Of a stretch of DNA of 64,000 nt, positions 10,991-24,002 are shown piece by piece; position 1 is the stretch's first letter; every line of letters begins with the position of its first letter. The position numbers and the translations under genes were made by a program. This DNA is from Chiloscyllium plagiosum. Lineage: Eukaryota. The stretch covers positions 55,634,000 through 55,697,999 of the forward strand of contig NC_057719.1 in the NCBI RefSeq assembly GCF_004010195.1, given 5' to 3'. The notes under the pieces are model-generated. The model saw only the letters and a list, made by a program, of their open reading frames with translations. It ran no database searches and was not told the DNA's origin.

Positions 10991-13547
10991 GAATGAACGT
11001 GCATCACCGAGCAGGGCAACTTCAGAGTGCCAGTGATCATCCAGGTGCACAGCAGCATTTTAACTGTAGTGTGTGTGCCATGGATACTGGCCCTTTGTCC
11101 AGTAACTGGTGAATGTTGATTCTCTTTTCCCAAGAATGCCATTTGATAGGATGGAGCTCGAACCGGTGAGAAGGGCATCATAGGATGAGGTAGGTAATGA
11201 TAGATAAAACGAGAGAACAAAGAGATATGCCCATCAAAAGCTCAACATAATTGAAACTTTGCCAAAACGATGTAAGATTTGAGCCGTTCATTCTAATACC
11301 GAAACTTAATAAAGAAAGCTATTAGTAAATACGTTCAATCTTAAATAGATGTGAATAGCCCTTACCTACCACCAACATGAAACAATAACTTTAAACATCA
11401 AATTAATTTAGGTGGGCCAATAGAAGTATTGATCATCTGGTCGCCTGACTGAAATGAATGACCAATTATGAATCTTATTACTCCAGTGAAAAAACAATCA
11501 CTCTGCAAACAACACCATAGCAGCAGCAAAAGGAGCAAACTCTAAACCTTAAAACTGGATAATGATACATCACAAGGTGCCCAAGGCTGTTCTGTTTCAA
11601 ATTGACCAGTGCAGAAAACTGACAACCTGGTAAAAGACTACTAACTTCATTACCTGCCAAAAGATTCATGTTTTTGGAGGAATCCTGTCATAATCCTGAT
11701 GCTTGACTCTGGCTTTTGAATCTTACTCGACAATTGTCGAAGAGTGAAAACATCTTCTCACTGGATTGTTCTCCCCAAGGTGAGCCATATCACGTGACTT
11801 CTGAATTATTCCTATATTTAGAATTTGTAGAAGTCCACAATCCCCTTAACTGTACACTAATTCGAGTGTGTGGGTGTGAATGAGTGAGGCAAGGTTCAGT
11901 ATTCAGTGTGACCATGTGAATAAATACTTCTCCTTGTTTGAACTTACTGCTGGCATTATAAATTGACCAAGTACTCACAGGTAAAGGAACACATATTTTC
12001 CTTTCCAAAATCACATTGATTACAACAGTAAGGGAAAGGAAGAGTCCAGTTCTCTCTCATCTCTGTCTGTGACAGAATAGAGTGATGATATCTACCAGTA
12101 GTACTTACACTATGGAGCTAATGTTCATAGTATAATGAGTGGATGGAAATACAAAGGCAATTTGTAACCTGGATGGCTAGGATATGGACATCTACAAAAA
12201 TGATTATGTTGACACGATTGAAAAACATAGCATTAATAGACATTTAATTGAACGTAATCAAATGCTGGCTACATATTTCAAACATTTAGTTCCAACATAT
12301 ACCAAATCTTTTCACTTTTCTGATGTTGCTGAATTATTGGAATAGAATGAGCAGAATCAAAAATCTGAATTGAGAAAAATTTTGAAATCCAACATTTATG
12401 TAACACTCTAATGTTGCTGTCAAAATGGAAGATATTTTCACAACAGATCTTATAAATAAATATCCAACTGATTATTACATATTAAAAACTGAAGTGGTAC
12501 AATAATTTGCAGGATCTGAAAACAATTTTATAAAATGGATTTTAAGCTGTTATGTCCCAAACTCTATTCATTATTCAAAATATTTGGGATTAAAAGAATT
12601 GAACTTCTGTTTGAGTGCATGCGTTACACTACAGTCTTCACAAAAATATTCCACAGTTACATTATTAATGACAAGGGGCAAAGTTGGTAACATACGTCAC
12701 CAGCAAGGCAGAAATCATATTAAAAACAATTTTACAACTCCTGCAGCACACTACATTAGTGTAAAGGTAATGATTTATTCAGATATAAACTGGCTGAAAA
12801 TTTTTCATTTTCTGATTGAACTGTAATGTTGATTTCAGTTATTTGAAGAATAATGACAGAAACCAACTTGTTATGACTGGTATTTCTTTCTGCATGAGCT
12901 TATAATTCATCACCGTGCTCATAGCCTAATGATGGTTGCTGTGGGACTTCTAAAGAAATTTTAATAAAGCTTTGACTTAGTGTTATTCTTCTACAGGTTC
13001 AGTGTTGAATTAAACATGAGGCTGAGAATTATGCTAACAGTATATCGACTGACAGCAGCATTGCCTCTGCAGAAATTATTAAAATATTAGTGTGACATTT
13101 TCTGCAAAGATTTATGGCTGTCCTTTATTGTATCTTTTACAAATTTTGCAAAGGTTCTTTTCATCTCATTATTACTAACTTTTCCCTGAGTATTATGTGA
13201 CCGTACTCTATACTAAGCAGATCTCTCAACCTTAATTTCTATTCAGTGCATTTTATCTGCAAAATACAGCAAAATATTTATTGAAGCATGAGCCATAGTT
13301 TCATGTAGGCAGCTTTATTGGCTTCACCTTTAGGCTTTGACTGGAAGATACATAATTGATCACTTGCACAAATATGTGCGTCTCCAAAGACAACATCTCA
13401 GTAGTTGAGAATAAAATCCCGAGAGAACAGAGCAAAGTATTAAGTAGGGTATAAGTGTTCCCTTGTTATATGTTAACTGTGCTCATGTGCTAAGCCTTGG
13501 CCTCAAGGAAGTGCTTTGGTTTGACAGTAAAATTAGAATAATTATAG

Positions 13548-13880
13548 ACTCAGCTATTTCTCAGTTGGTAGCACTCTTGTCTCCAAATCACAAGGTTGTC
13601 AGTTCATATCTCACTTCAGAATCTGAGCAGGAAAATCAAGGCTAATATTCCAGTGGATGAGCTGTTAAACTGAAGTCTATCTGATATTCAACCAATGTCA
13701 TGCTAATATTTTATGTGTTATTATCATACTGTTGTTGTGGGAGCTTTCTGAGTGAGATTGCTTATTGTGTTTACTACATTACAACAGGAACTGCACTTCA
13801 AAATACATCAATGGTTGTCAAGCGTTTTGGAAAGCAGAGTGATTGTGAAAGGTGCTATATAAATTCAAGTCTTCCTTTTA
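13548..13880 (+). mobile_element. DeuSINE (SacSINE1-like), internally deleted
   Basis: tRNA head CTCAGTTGGTAGCACTCTTG..GGTTGTCAGTTCATATCTCAC; Deu-like TGTTGTGGGAGCTT..CTACATTACAACAG; tail GTGAAAGGTGCTATATAAATTCAAG. Confidence 0.65.
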
Positions 13881-14139
13881 TTTGTTTTCTACAGGCTTAG
13901 CATGATATTCAGTTCCAGAAATGTAAATACAAATGGCCTCTGAGTGTTGTTTGCGCACTGTCCCTGAAAATCTGCAAGGTACACTAGTCCATTTCTGTAA
14001 TAAGTCAATCAGGAGAGAATTTGAGGAGTGGGAAGTTTAATATACAACTGTTACTTGTACTGTGAGTTCCTGCCACCATCTGCTTAATGCACAATCTCCA
14101 TCCATGCCAAGCATAACACCAAGTAGACAGGCAGGAGGC

Positions 14140-14645
14140 TGGAAGCCAGGCAGCATCAAGAGGTGCAGAAGTCGGCGTTTCAGGTATAACCCTTCTTCAG
14201 GACTGGGGGATGGGTATGGAGGGAGCTGCAGATAAAGGGCAAGGTGGGGGCAGGGTGGTGAAGTGGGGATAGGTGAAGACAAGCAGAGGGTAAAACCTGG
14301 TTGGTCAATGGGAGGAATGAATCCAGTTGGTGGCAGGGAGCAGTGGAAGGGAGGGGGCTGGGGAGGGAGGTTACTAAAAATTGGAGAACTCAATGTTGAG
14401 TCCTCCGGTCTGTAAGGTGCCCTGGCAGAAGATAAGGTGTTGTTCCTCCAATAGGAATTGTGCTTTGTCTTGGCAATGGAGGAGGCCAAAGATGGTCATG
14501 TCAGAAAGGGAACGGTTGGGGGATTTGAAATGGGCGGTGACTGGGAGGTCCAGTCGGCCGCTATGGACCTGGCTGCAATGCTCAGTGAACTGTTCCCTAA
14601 GTTTACGTTCAGTCTCCCCGATGTAGATCGATGAGTCTTCTCTAC
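14140..14645 (-). mobile_element. PLE fragment (GIY-YIG end plus terminal repeat; hammerhead-like motif at ~14170-14203)
   Basis: IYIGETERKLREQFTEH..LPVTAHF..LEEQHLIFCQGTLQTGGLN; minus strand CTGAAGAAGGGTTATACCTGAAACGCCGAC. Confidence 0.85.
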
Positions 14646-17003
14646 ATTGAAATACTATAGTTTGAGTACTTTGGATGGTCAGTTTTTGTCCAATGCGTGC
14701 AGGAGGGTTTCCTGCACAGTCTGTAGATAGGCCAACAAGGGGCGGTGCCACATTAGATTTGGTACTGGGTAATGAACCTGGCCAGGTGTTAGATTTGGAG
14801 GTAGGTGAGCACTTTGGTGATAGTGACCACAATTCAGTTACATTTACTTTAGTGATGGAAATGGACAGGTATATAACGCAGGGCAAGTGTTTTTGCTGGA
14901 GGAAAGGTCATTATGATGCGATTAGGCAAGATTTAGGATGCAGAAGCTGGGGAAGGAAACTGCAGGAGATGGGCACAATAGAAATGTGGAGCTTATTCAA
15001 GGAACTTTGTGTCCTTGATAAGTACGGACCCATCAAGCAGAGAGGGAGTGGTCGAATGAGGGAGCCGTGATTTAATAAAGAAGTTGAATCTCTTGTCAAG
15101 AGGAAAAAGAAGGCCTATGTTAGGATGAGACGTAGAGGCTCAGTTAGGGCGCGTGCGAGTTACAAGTTAGCCAGGAAAGACCTAAAGAGAGATCTAAGAA
15201 GAGCCAGGAGGGAACATGAGAAATTGTTGGCAGATGGGATCAAGGAAAACCCTAAAGCTTTCTATAGGTATATCAAGAATAAAAAAATAACAAGAGAAAG
15301 ATTAGGGCCAATCAAGGACAGTAGTGGAAAGTTGTGCGTGAAATCCAAGGAGATGGGGAAGTGCTAAGTGAACATTTTTCATCAGTATTCACACTGAAAA
15401 AAGACAGTGTTGTCAAGGAAAATAGTGAGATACAGGCTACAAGACTAGACAGGATTGAGGTTCACAAGCTATTCTGGAAGTAGGTAAGTCCCCTGGGCTG
15501 GATGGGATTTATCCAAAGATTATTTGGGAAGCCAGGGAAGAGATTGCAGAGCCTTTGGCTTTGATCTTTATGTCATCATTGTCTACAAGAATTGTGCCAG
15601 AAGACTGGAGGATAGCAAATGTTGTCCCCTTGTTCAAGAAGGGGAGTAGAGACAACCCTGGTAATTATAGATCAATGAGCCTTACTTTGGTTGCGGGCAA
15701 AGTGTTGGAAATGGTAAGAAGAGAAAGAATTTATAATCATCTAAGACAGGAATAAGTTGATTAGGGATAGTGAAGGGTAGGTCGTTCCTCACAAACCTTA
15801 TTGAGTTCTTTGAGACGGTGACCAACACGTGGATGAGGGTAAAGTGGTTGGGGTGTATATGAATTTCAGTAAGGAGTTTGATAAAGTTCCCCACAGTAGG
15901 CTATTGCACAAAATACAGAGGCATGGGATTGAGGGTGATGTAGCAGTTTTGATCAGAAATTGGCAAGCTGAAAGAAGACAGAGGGTGGTGGTTGATGGGA
16001 AGTGTTCATCCTGGAATTCAGTTAATAGAGGTTTATCCCAAGAATCTGTTTTGGAGCCACTGCTGTTTGTCATTTTTATAAATGACCTAGATGAGGGCGT
16101 AGAAGGATGGGTTAGCAAATTTGCAGATGACAATAAAATCGGTGAAGTTGTGGACAGTGCTGAAGGATGTTGCAGTTTACAGAGGGACATAGATAAGCTG
16201 CAGAGCTGGGCTGAGAGATGGCAATTGGAGTTTAATGTGGAAAAGTGTGAAGTGATTCACTTTGGAAGGAGTAACAGAATGCAAATTACTGGGCTAATGG
16301 TATGATTCTTGGTAGTGTGGATGAGCAGACAGACCTTGGTGACCATGTACATAGATCCCTAAAAGTTACCACCCAGGTTGATAGGGTTGTTAAAAAGGCA
16401 TATGGTGCGTTAGCTTTAATTGGTAGAGAGAGATTGAGTTTCAGAGCCATGACATCATGCTGCAGCTGTACAGAACTCTAGTGCGGCTGCACTTGGAATA
16501 TTGTGTACTGGTCACCACATTATAGAAAGGATGTGGAAGCTTTGGAAAGGGTTCAGAGGAGATTTACTAGGATGTTGCCTGATATGGAGCGAAGTTCTTA
16601 TGAAGAAAGGCTGAGGGACTTGAGGCTGTTTTCGTTCGAGAGAAGAAGGTTGAGAGGTGACTTAATTGTTACAGATAAGATAATCAGAGGGTTAGATAGG
16701 TTGGACAGTGAGAGCCTTTTTCCGCTGATGGTGATAGCTAGCACAAGGGATGCTGCTTTAACTTAAGGGGTGATAGATAAAGGACAGATGTCAGAGGTAG
16801 ATTCTTTACTCAGAGAGTAGTAGGGGCATGGAATACACTGCATGCAACAGTAGTAGACTCACCAACGTTAAGGGCATTTAAATGATCATTGGATAGGCAA
16901 ATGGATGAAAATAGCCTACAGATAGCCTACAGATTGGTTCCACAGGTCAGTGCAACATCTAGGGCTCAAGGGCCTGTACTGCACTATGATGTTCTATGTT
17001 TTA
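14646..17003 (+). mobile_element. 5'-truncated CR1 (HER1-like) LINE; ORF2 pseudogene with APE end, RT and 3' tail
   Basis: RPTRGGATLDLVLGNEPGQV, GDSDHN, WRIANVVPLFKKG, FSKEFDKVPH, SKFADDNK, ERRRLRGDLI; frameshifts; tail TGTTCTATGTT. Confidence 0.95.
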
Positions 17004-17099
17004 TCAGAAAGACAATCTACTGTTTGCCTCTACATATTCATTAGTTCAATAATTGCCAAGTCTCGAGGTTCATGGCCTGTACTGGGCTTAGCAGAAGCC

Positions 17100-18600
17100 C
17101 GTTCTGAGTGTCAGAGACCTCACTTCTTTCTCCTCTGGCTGTGGCCCCATGACTACTTAAGTTACATTTCTTCATCTACCCCAACCCCACCCTCAGCCCC
17201 CCACCTCTTCACTGGTGGATGCTGGGGTGGAATGCCCTGATGATGCTTCCTCTGAGGGTCCAGGCTGTTTCTCCTCAGGTGTATAGTCTGTGGGGCTGGA
17301 AGAGATGAGCCTGGGGCTTTTGCTTGTCTGCCTTGGAATATAGTGGGATCCTGAGACTGCAGAGAAACTAATAAAGATTTATTCATCTCACAATTCTTAC
17401 CCCAAGGTTTTACTAAGATGGAGCAGTGCAGCTGGGAATAGGAGTTCTCATTAGTTGGCTGTAGATATTCAATCTCCCCATTAATACATGCCCATCTGTA
17501 CATCCTCAACTATGATAGCACACCGCCCCACTCCCTTCACCCTCCCACTTGTGTTCACCTTCTTCTCCTGTAAAAGGTTAGAGGCGATAAGGGGCATTAA
17601 TATGAGTATGACTGATTTGCCTGCATTGATAGAAACAGAATCCCCAGAGCTGTTATTGACTCTGTGTGGCTTTTGCAAGAAGTAAGGGAGAAGTTGTGAG
17701 TGAGAGGGTTTTGACAAAAGGTGCTCGAGTGTGGTGAAAGAGCTGGAGGTTGATGGAAATAATGAAAATTTTATATGATGTATTTGTCTGATACTCATGT
17801 CTGATGCTTCCCTCGAAACCAGCCTTTGTGCTGTTGTTCTTCTCCCACGCACCTGTTGGTGTGAAGCTATGTGATGTGTACTTTCCCTGTTCCCTTGAAA
17901 GGTCAGTGAGCTGTTGGTATGTGAGTTGCTGAATGTTGGAGCTCCTTTTCTGCTTGAAGTGTGACCTCTAGCGGGCAGTGAGTTAGGAAGTACCAGTGTG
18001 GTGCAACTATGATATGGGTAAGTCCTATGAAGTTTTCTTTTTTTATGGATATTGTTTGACAACGTAAGCTTTTGTTGCTTATCTCTCATTGCCCTTGAAG
18101 TGAGAGGCTTTCCAAATCATTTAAAAGGTAAGAATCAATCATAACACTGTAGGTTTGAAGTCACTTGTAGACAGAGAAAGTAAGGCAATAGATTCCTACA
18201 CTAAAGGACATTACTGAACCAGATGGCTTTTTGCAGTCATCAATGATGGCTCATTACTGAGGCTAGCTTACATTCCAAACTTATTCACTGAACTTAATTT
18301 CCACTAGCTGGTATGGTTGGATTTTAACCCATGTCTCCAAACCGTTTGCCTGGGCTTCTATACACCAGTTCACTATCATCATGCCACTTGCTCCTCAGTA
18401 AGGGTGATAGACTCGGACTGCACAAGTGGAATGAGGTGGAGACTCCTGGCAATCTTATCACCTCCATCCAGGCCATCTCAGTGATTTGGGGGCAGCCTTT
18501 TATTCCCACCCTTTTGAAAGAGGATTTCTACTCATTTTAACAAACTCTCCAGCACCATGCTCAGGCACACATCACTGAATCATGACAATGCCTTTTTGCC
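17100..18600 (-). pseudogene. Possible second Harbinger Myb/SANT relic, interrupted by a SINE
   Basis: TEMAWMEV in ORF 18324-18509; acceptor-like ccttttacag|GAGAAGAAG (EKK..SG) at ~17570 parallels the EKMAH exon at 10460. Confidence 0.35.
18085..18390 (-). mobile_element. Older copy of the SINE family at 8898-9246
   Basis: CTAAAGGACATTACTGAACCAGATGG and AATTTCCACTAGCTG..GGATTTTAACCC match 9050-9180. Confidence 0.65.
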
Positions 18601-18984
18601 AACATATGACATTATCCAACTCATCAATGATCAAAGGTTATTCACTGGGCTGCAGTGAACAAAGTACTGACTGGGTGCCTTTTAAATGTGATGTACAGAA
18701 GCTGGAGCCTTGAAGGTCATATCGGAGTTGGGAGAACCTTCTACATGCCTGACCTTCGGTGTTTTACCTACCTGTGCATATGTAATAAGCTTAAAAACTT
18801 TAATTGTAAGTAAAACTGGACCCAGCTCCAGGAGAAACTCCTCCCATTTTTCAGGTCACCTTCACATTTAGCTTCGAAAAAGAAACTTACATCACCACAA
18901 GAAAATCTGAATTCCCCAGAAATCTCCCACTGAATCAACTTCATTCAGATTTCTGTATGATCCCAAAGTGCAGCTCCAGTGTGT

Positions 18985-19215
18985 CAGAGAGTGGTGAATC
19001 TGTGGAATTCATTGCCACAGAGGGTTGTGGAGGCCAGGTCATTGAGTATATTTAAGACTGAGATAGATAGGTTTTTAAGTATCAAGGGAATCAAGAATTA
19101 CAGGGAGAAAGCAGGAGAATGGGGTTGAGAAACTTATCAGCCATGATTTAATGGCAGAGCAGATTTAATGGGCTGAATGGCCTAACTTCTGCTCCTTTGG
19201 CTTTTGGGTTTATGG
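18985..19215 (+). mobile_element. CR1 3' end
   Basis: AGAGTGGTGAATCTGTGGAATTCATTGCCACAG..GATAGATAGG..ATGGGCTGAATGGCCTAACTTCTGCTCC. Confidence 0.85.
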
Positions 19216-20044
19216 TTTCTCTCTCCATAGATGCTACTAGAACTGCTAAGATTCAGCAGTCTTTTCTGTTAGATCTTCAGCATCTGTAATATCTTGGTTT
19301 TCTACTAATGTAAAGCATTCCTCTGATCTGCAGAATTATAAACAAAGAAGTTGGTTATTGTAGAATTCAACTTTTATTTATGTAAAAGTATACATTTTGC
19401 TTCTTATTAAGATACTGCAATCCTTTCTTACGTTTGTTGCATTCTTCTTCCTGAGACATTACTGAAATGTTTGGAATTTCATCATCAGTGACTTCCAGGA
19501 GCTCTCATCTGGGAGATGAGGAAGGTGGCTACTTAAGGACAGTGAGCAGTTCTTTGCATTACCACTAACAGTGATGGGCATTGCCGAAGCAGCAAGGAGA
19601 ACTCAAGACCTCAAAGTGAAAGCATTTTCTGAAGGATGATCAATATGTTTAATTGTAAATGAGTCAAGAAGCAAGCCTTAGAGAATGGAGAGGAAGCCCC
19701 GTTAGTGGTAGCATTGAGTTGGGAACATCCGCAACATTGCTCTCTCAACTCGACAGCTAGTGCTCCGTTTATTCAAATTTTGTTCCAGAGTAAGGGACCT
19801 GTTGAACTGGAGGGTGTTGCTAACCAGAGTCTGGCTCTCTTCCATCCCCAGAAACAGTACAGAGGCACCCACAGGAACTGCCAGGTCAGGAGGTATACTA
19901 TGAGAAAGGCTTCCTCACATTGCATCCCTGTCAATCATGCTCCCATCCACCTCCACACAGCCCCTCAATATCATCCATGACCATCACTGCACCTCCACAC
20001 ACTCCATATCCTTTAAGAGCAACTATACTCATTTATTCTTTATC

Positions 20045-20150
20045 AGGAATGGTGCTCCAAAAGCTCATCAAATAAACCAGTTGGACTATAACCTGGTGTT
20101 GTATGATTTTTAACTTTGTCCACCCCAGTGCAACACCAGCTCCTCCAAGT
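20045..20150 (+). mobile_element. PLE terminal-repeat fragment (family B)
   Basis: GCTCCAAAAGCT..AAATAAACCAGTTGGACTATAACCTGGTGTTGTATGATTTTTAACTTTGT is the reverse complement of 62355-62460. Confidence 0.75.
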
Positions 20151-20214
20151 TATATTCATTTATTGTTAACTCATGTTGACATGTTAACCCTTAGCCACCA
20201 CTTTTTGCCTTTAC

Positions 20215-20575
20215 ACTTCCATGTCAACTTACCTAGTTCCTCAAGTGTCTACTATCTACAAGATGCACTGCAAAAACTCGCCAAAGATTCTTAGACCAAA
20301 CCTTCCAAACCCACAATTCCTTCCATCGAGAAGAACAAGAGCAGTACGTGCATACAAACACTATCACCTCAGGTTCCTCTGCAAGTCATTCACAATCCTG
20401 ACTTGGAAATATATTGCCATTCCTTCAGTGTCACTGGGTCAATACCCTGGAATTCCCTCCCTAAGGGGATTGTGGGTCAACCTACTGCATATGGACTGTA
20501 GTGATCCAAAATGGCAAAATCTAGGGAGTGGCAATAAATACTGGCCAGCCAGCAGCACCCATATCCCACAAGAAG
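20215..20575 (+). mobile_element. 3' fragment of the single-ORF LINE family
   Basis: ATCTACAAGATGCACTGCA..GGCAATAAATACTGGCCAGCCAGC is the reverse complement of 37200-37520. Confidence 0.8.
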
Positions 20576-22094
20576 TGCAGATCTCAGGAACCAAGCTGAA
20601 ATGAAAGGTTTTAAAGATCTAAGAGTCTACTACTAACTATGACTTAATTATATTATATATGTAAACATGATTGTTCAAAAATCATTTGATACATTTAATT
20701 TCCTTCAAGTGCTTAATCTCATGCAAAATCAACCAACCCCACTTCAAAATCTTTATAACCACTAAAAGCTGTCAAACAAGATCCCCATTCCCTCCCCTCC
20801 CAACTCACTGGTGGTAGCAAGATGTTGAGGCAAGCTGCACTAATCCTATAATAATAAACCTCAGGTATATTGCTATAGCCATATTTTGAAATTGCAAGTA
20901 CTCACAACAAGATTTTTTTAAGTTAAGGAGCTTAGGAATTTAAATGTTTTGACCTCTTGACAGTTCTTCTCAGTTCACCTCTAATGCTCATTGGTGTTTA
21001 CTTTTGATAATCTTGAAGAGCACCTAATCTCTCTCATAGAACAGTTGACCTTTCCAACAGGAAATGTGACTGCTCCTAAAGGAATTTCTGGACCTATCCA
21101 AAAGAGTCTCTTATTTCTCCTAAAGGGTATCTTTTCTCCACAAGTGACTGCAGCAGCTTTGGACATTTTGCACTATTATCTAAAGACTAGGAGTTATGTT
21201 TTGCATATCTCAGTCCCAAACATTGTATGCATCTGAAGGCAGCTGCACTTTCACACATGTAATTGTCTAAGTGAACTATGGATGAGCCAAATACAATCTG
21301 CCTCCATTAAACTCCCTGAGGAAAATAGTGGCTGGTTCATTCAAATGAGAACCTCTAGAATCTGGGTGCTTGTACCTTTTTGACAAAATTGGAGACCCCT
21401 TCTGTCCTCACAAAACTCTGGGCCTACATTTAATACAGTGCCTGACCTCCAGGATGAGAAAATTAGATCTTATCCATTGGTGGGTAAGAAATCAGTTGCA
21501 CACTGTCACATGATGTAAAGTGCCCCACATTAAAGCACAGGCCTCTTATTTTCAGACTTTGGAAATCAGTAAGATACAATGAGAAAAAAATTAGTAAAAT
21601 GTTCTGAGACCCTGTACCATTAGCAAGCTCTCAAATGCAACAACCTACTGAAAAAGAGTGGTACATTATCTATCAACCTTTTATCCATGATGGGATATAC
21701 TTTGCATTCCAACTCTGCTTAATGACCTTATCAGTGAGGCTGGGGATCTCAGAATATTATATACAAATTCAGAATGCATTGTACGCTAGGCTGCACTTAA
21801 GTCCTGGGAAGTTGGATTGTTTATCTATTGGAGTTTATGCTTATATTTGAAAAGAAAAAAGCATTCAATGAGTGTTTGAAATATGTCAGAAATGTCATCC
21901 CTTTGTAAATTATTTGGCCTTGAACACTTAAGGAAAATGTTTTGTAACCATTGGGCTTCAGATTGGTACATTTTAAGTCCCTGAAAAGTAGTCTTGAAAA
22001 ATTGAAGCTTTGGAGATATATTGTAACTTGCAATTGTCTATGCTGCTCTATGTTCTGCTTATCAGTAAAAAGAATGCATTGTGCAGCCAAATCA

Positions 22095-22450
22095 TTAATG
22101 GGTGAAGGATCAGAATATAAGAAATAGGAACTTGTGTACTTTAACTTTAACTCTACTTTTCTGCTTGCTCCCATTACCTTTAATTTAATTGTGGATTGGA
22201 AATCTGTATAATTTAGCCTTGATAATATTCAAGATCCAGTCTACACAGCCCTCTGGGAACAGAACTCCAACTATCAGTAATGCACTAAAAGAAGAAATCC
22301 TCCTCATCTCCATATTAAATAGGAACCCGTAATTTGAGATAGCATCTCCTTTTTCGAGTTTACCCCATTAAGGGGAACATCAATCCTGTCAACACCTTCA
22401 GAATTTTACATTTTTAATTAAGATCACTTCTCATTCTTCTAAACTTCCAG
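22095..22450 (-). mobile_element. Old CR1 3' end
   Basis: CAGCCCTCTGGGAACAGAACTCCAA..GAAGAAATCCTCCTCATCTC..AGATCACTTCTCATTCTTCTAAACT. Confidence 0.6.
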
Positions 22451-23528
22451 ACTGCCTATGACAAGCGATGAGCTCTGAAGAAGGGGGTTAAGAAGACACT
22501 TGACTCACCCATAGCAGTGGCTTAGGGTCAAGTGTCAGCATGCATTATCACCACAGCTATTTCCCAAAGTTGGCAGATGCTGAAGTAGTCACCAATAGAA
22601 GTAAACAGATGAGTAATACTGTGAACTGGATACCTGCATTTTAAATATATCCCAATCCAGCTTGCTGCTCTTCCACAGCGTCTGTCATAAATTAGTTAGT
22701 TGAAGAAATTGCATCATTTTGAGTTTGAAGAAGATCACAGAGCACCTTGCAATCAGAAAGGTGTCCAATGTCGATGAAATCCAGCTAAACTGCTCACCCT
22801 CAGCTCTATCTATGTCCCATCGAAACAGCCTTCCCTTTCTCTGCTGGAAGCTTGGTCTCATTCCATCAGATATGCACAACTCTTAAATCACTAAACAACC
22901 CAAAACCAAAAGTGATGGGATACCCTAATGACAGCAGCACTTGGCATCGCGGGGGAAGGCTTTTGTTAGAATCAACTTTAAAAGACACCATCAACATGTA
23001 AATCTTGTGGACTTGGAAGCACAGTATGGTCTATGTGCCAGCATGTCAACTGTGAACATGACCATCTTAATTTTCCAGGTACAAGTGAATTGTAGGGTAT
23101 GGGGCATGCCCTTTTACCTTAATTTCGTAAATCTCAGATACACAATACTATCAGCAGAACAGGAGTCTTCAAGATTTTGGGAAATATAGACCGTCTGCCA
23201 AGCTTACCTGCCATATCTATGACAATGAGGATGTGCCTTACAATTCAAGGGTTACACTTCTAACACTTTAGAGTGAAGAATGAAGTGAAGTAGGGCTCTG
23301 CCCTAGTTCTACTCTGTTTGATCTTTTCTTCTCCATGCTTCTGAACATCAACTACCCTGCAAATGGGGGTTTCCTTGCACTCCCCATCAAATGGCAAACT
23401 CTATAAATTATCAAAACTGAAAGACACATGATGTCCTGATCAGACTTCTTAATTCTAATCATACTGCATTCACCACCCACATAACAATTTAGCTACAAAA
23501 CTGATAGGGTGTCTCTCCCATGCCAGTA

Positions 23529-23876
23529 ATTTCTTTTTCTTGATTGTATACATTAAGAAATCCATGTCATGAGACAAAGTGTTGCATCTCCACTACTGTT
23601 CACATAAAATAACACCCCTCTGGAAGATCTCAGTAAATTCTTGGGTCCAGTGACAATCTTCTCGGAGAAAGTGAGAACTGCAGATGCTGGAGATCAGAGC
23701 TGAAAATGTGTTGCTGGAAAAGCACAGCAGGTCAGGCAGCATCCAAGGAGCAGGAGAATCGACGTTTCGGGCATGAGCCCTTCTTCAGGAATCATTATAA
23801 TTTAAACATTAGTGGAGATGAATCACTTTGTCCCATGACATGGCTTTCTTAATGTATACAATCAAGAAAAAGAAAT
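23529..23876. repeat. Inverted repeat of ~70-80 bp arms (23529-~23605 and ~23800-23876) enclosing a PLE repeat
   Basis: ATTTCTTTTTCTTGATTGTATACATTAAGAAA versus TTTCTTAATGTATACAATCAAGAAAAAGAAAT, continuing with a few mismatches. Confidence 0.9.
23665..23792 (-). mobile_element. Solo PLE terminal repeat (family A) with intact hammerhead core at 23761-23788
   Basis: Minus strand ATTC-CTGAAGA-A-GGGC-TCAT-GCCC-GAAAC-GTC-GATT, followed by the tail to ..CACTTTCTCC. Confidence 0.9.
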
Positions 23877-23903
23877 AATTGAAATCATTCCTGAATAAGG
23901 AAT

Positions 23904-24002
23904 GGGTGGCACGGTGGCAGTGGGCAGCACGGTGGCACAGTAGTTAGCACTGCTGCCTCACAGCGCCAGAGACCCGGGTTCAGTTCCCGCCTCAGGTGAA
24001 CT
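23904..24002 (+). mobile_element. V-SINE tRNA head only, with duplicated 5' end
   Basis: GGGTGGCACGGTGGCAGT-GGGCAGCACGGTGGCACAGTAGTTAGCACTGCTGCCTCACAGCGCCAGAGACCCGGGTTC. Confidence 0.8.

Noticed and set aside
17481..18089. 202-aa minus-strand ORF
   Set aside because: Low-complexity S/H/T-rich translation without a domain; at most it overlaps a Harbinger relic.
23904..24002. tRNA gene
   Set aside because: It is the tRNA-derived head of a V-SINE, like those at 4274, 54312 and 60188, with no complete cloverleaf.
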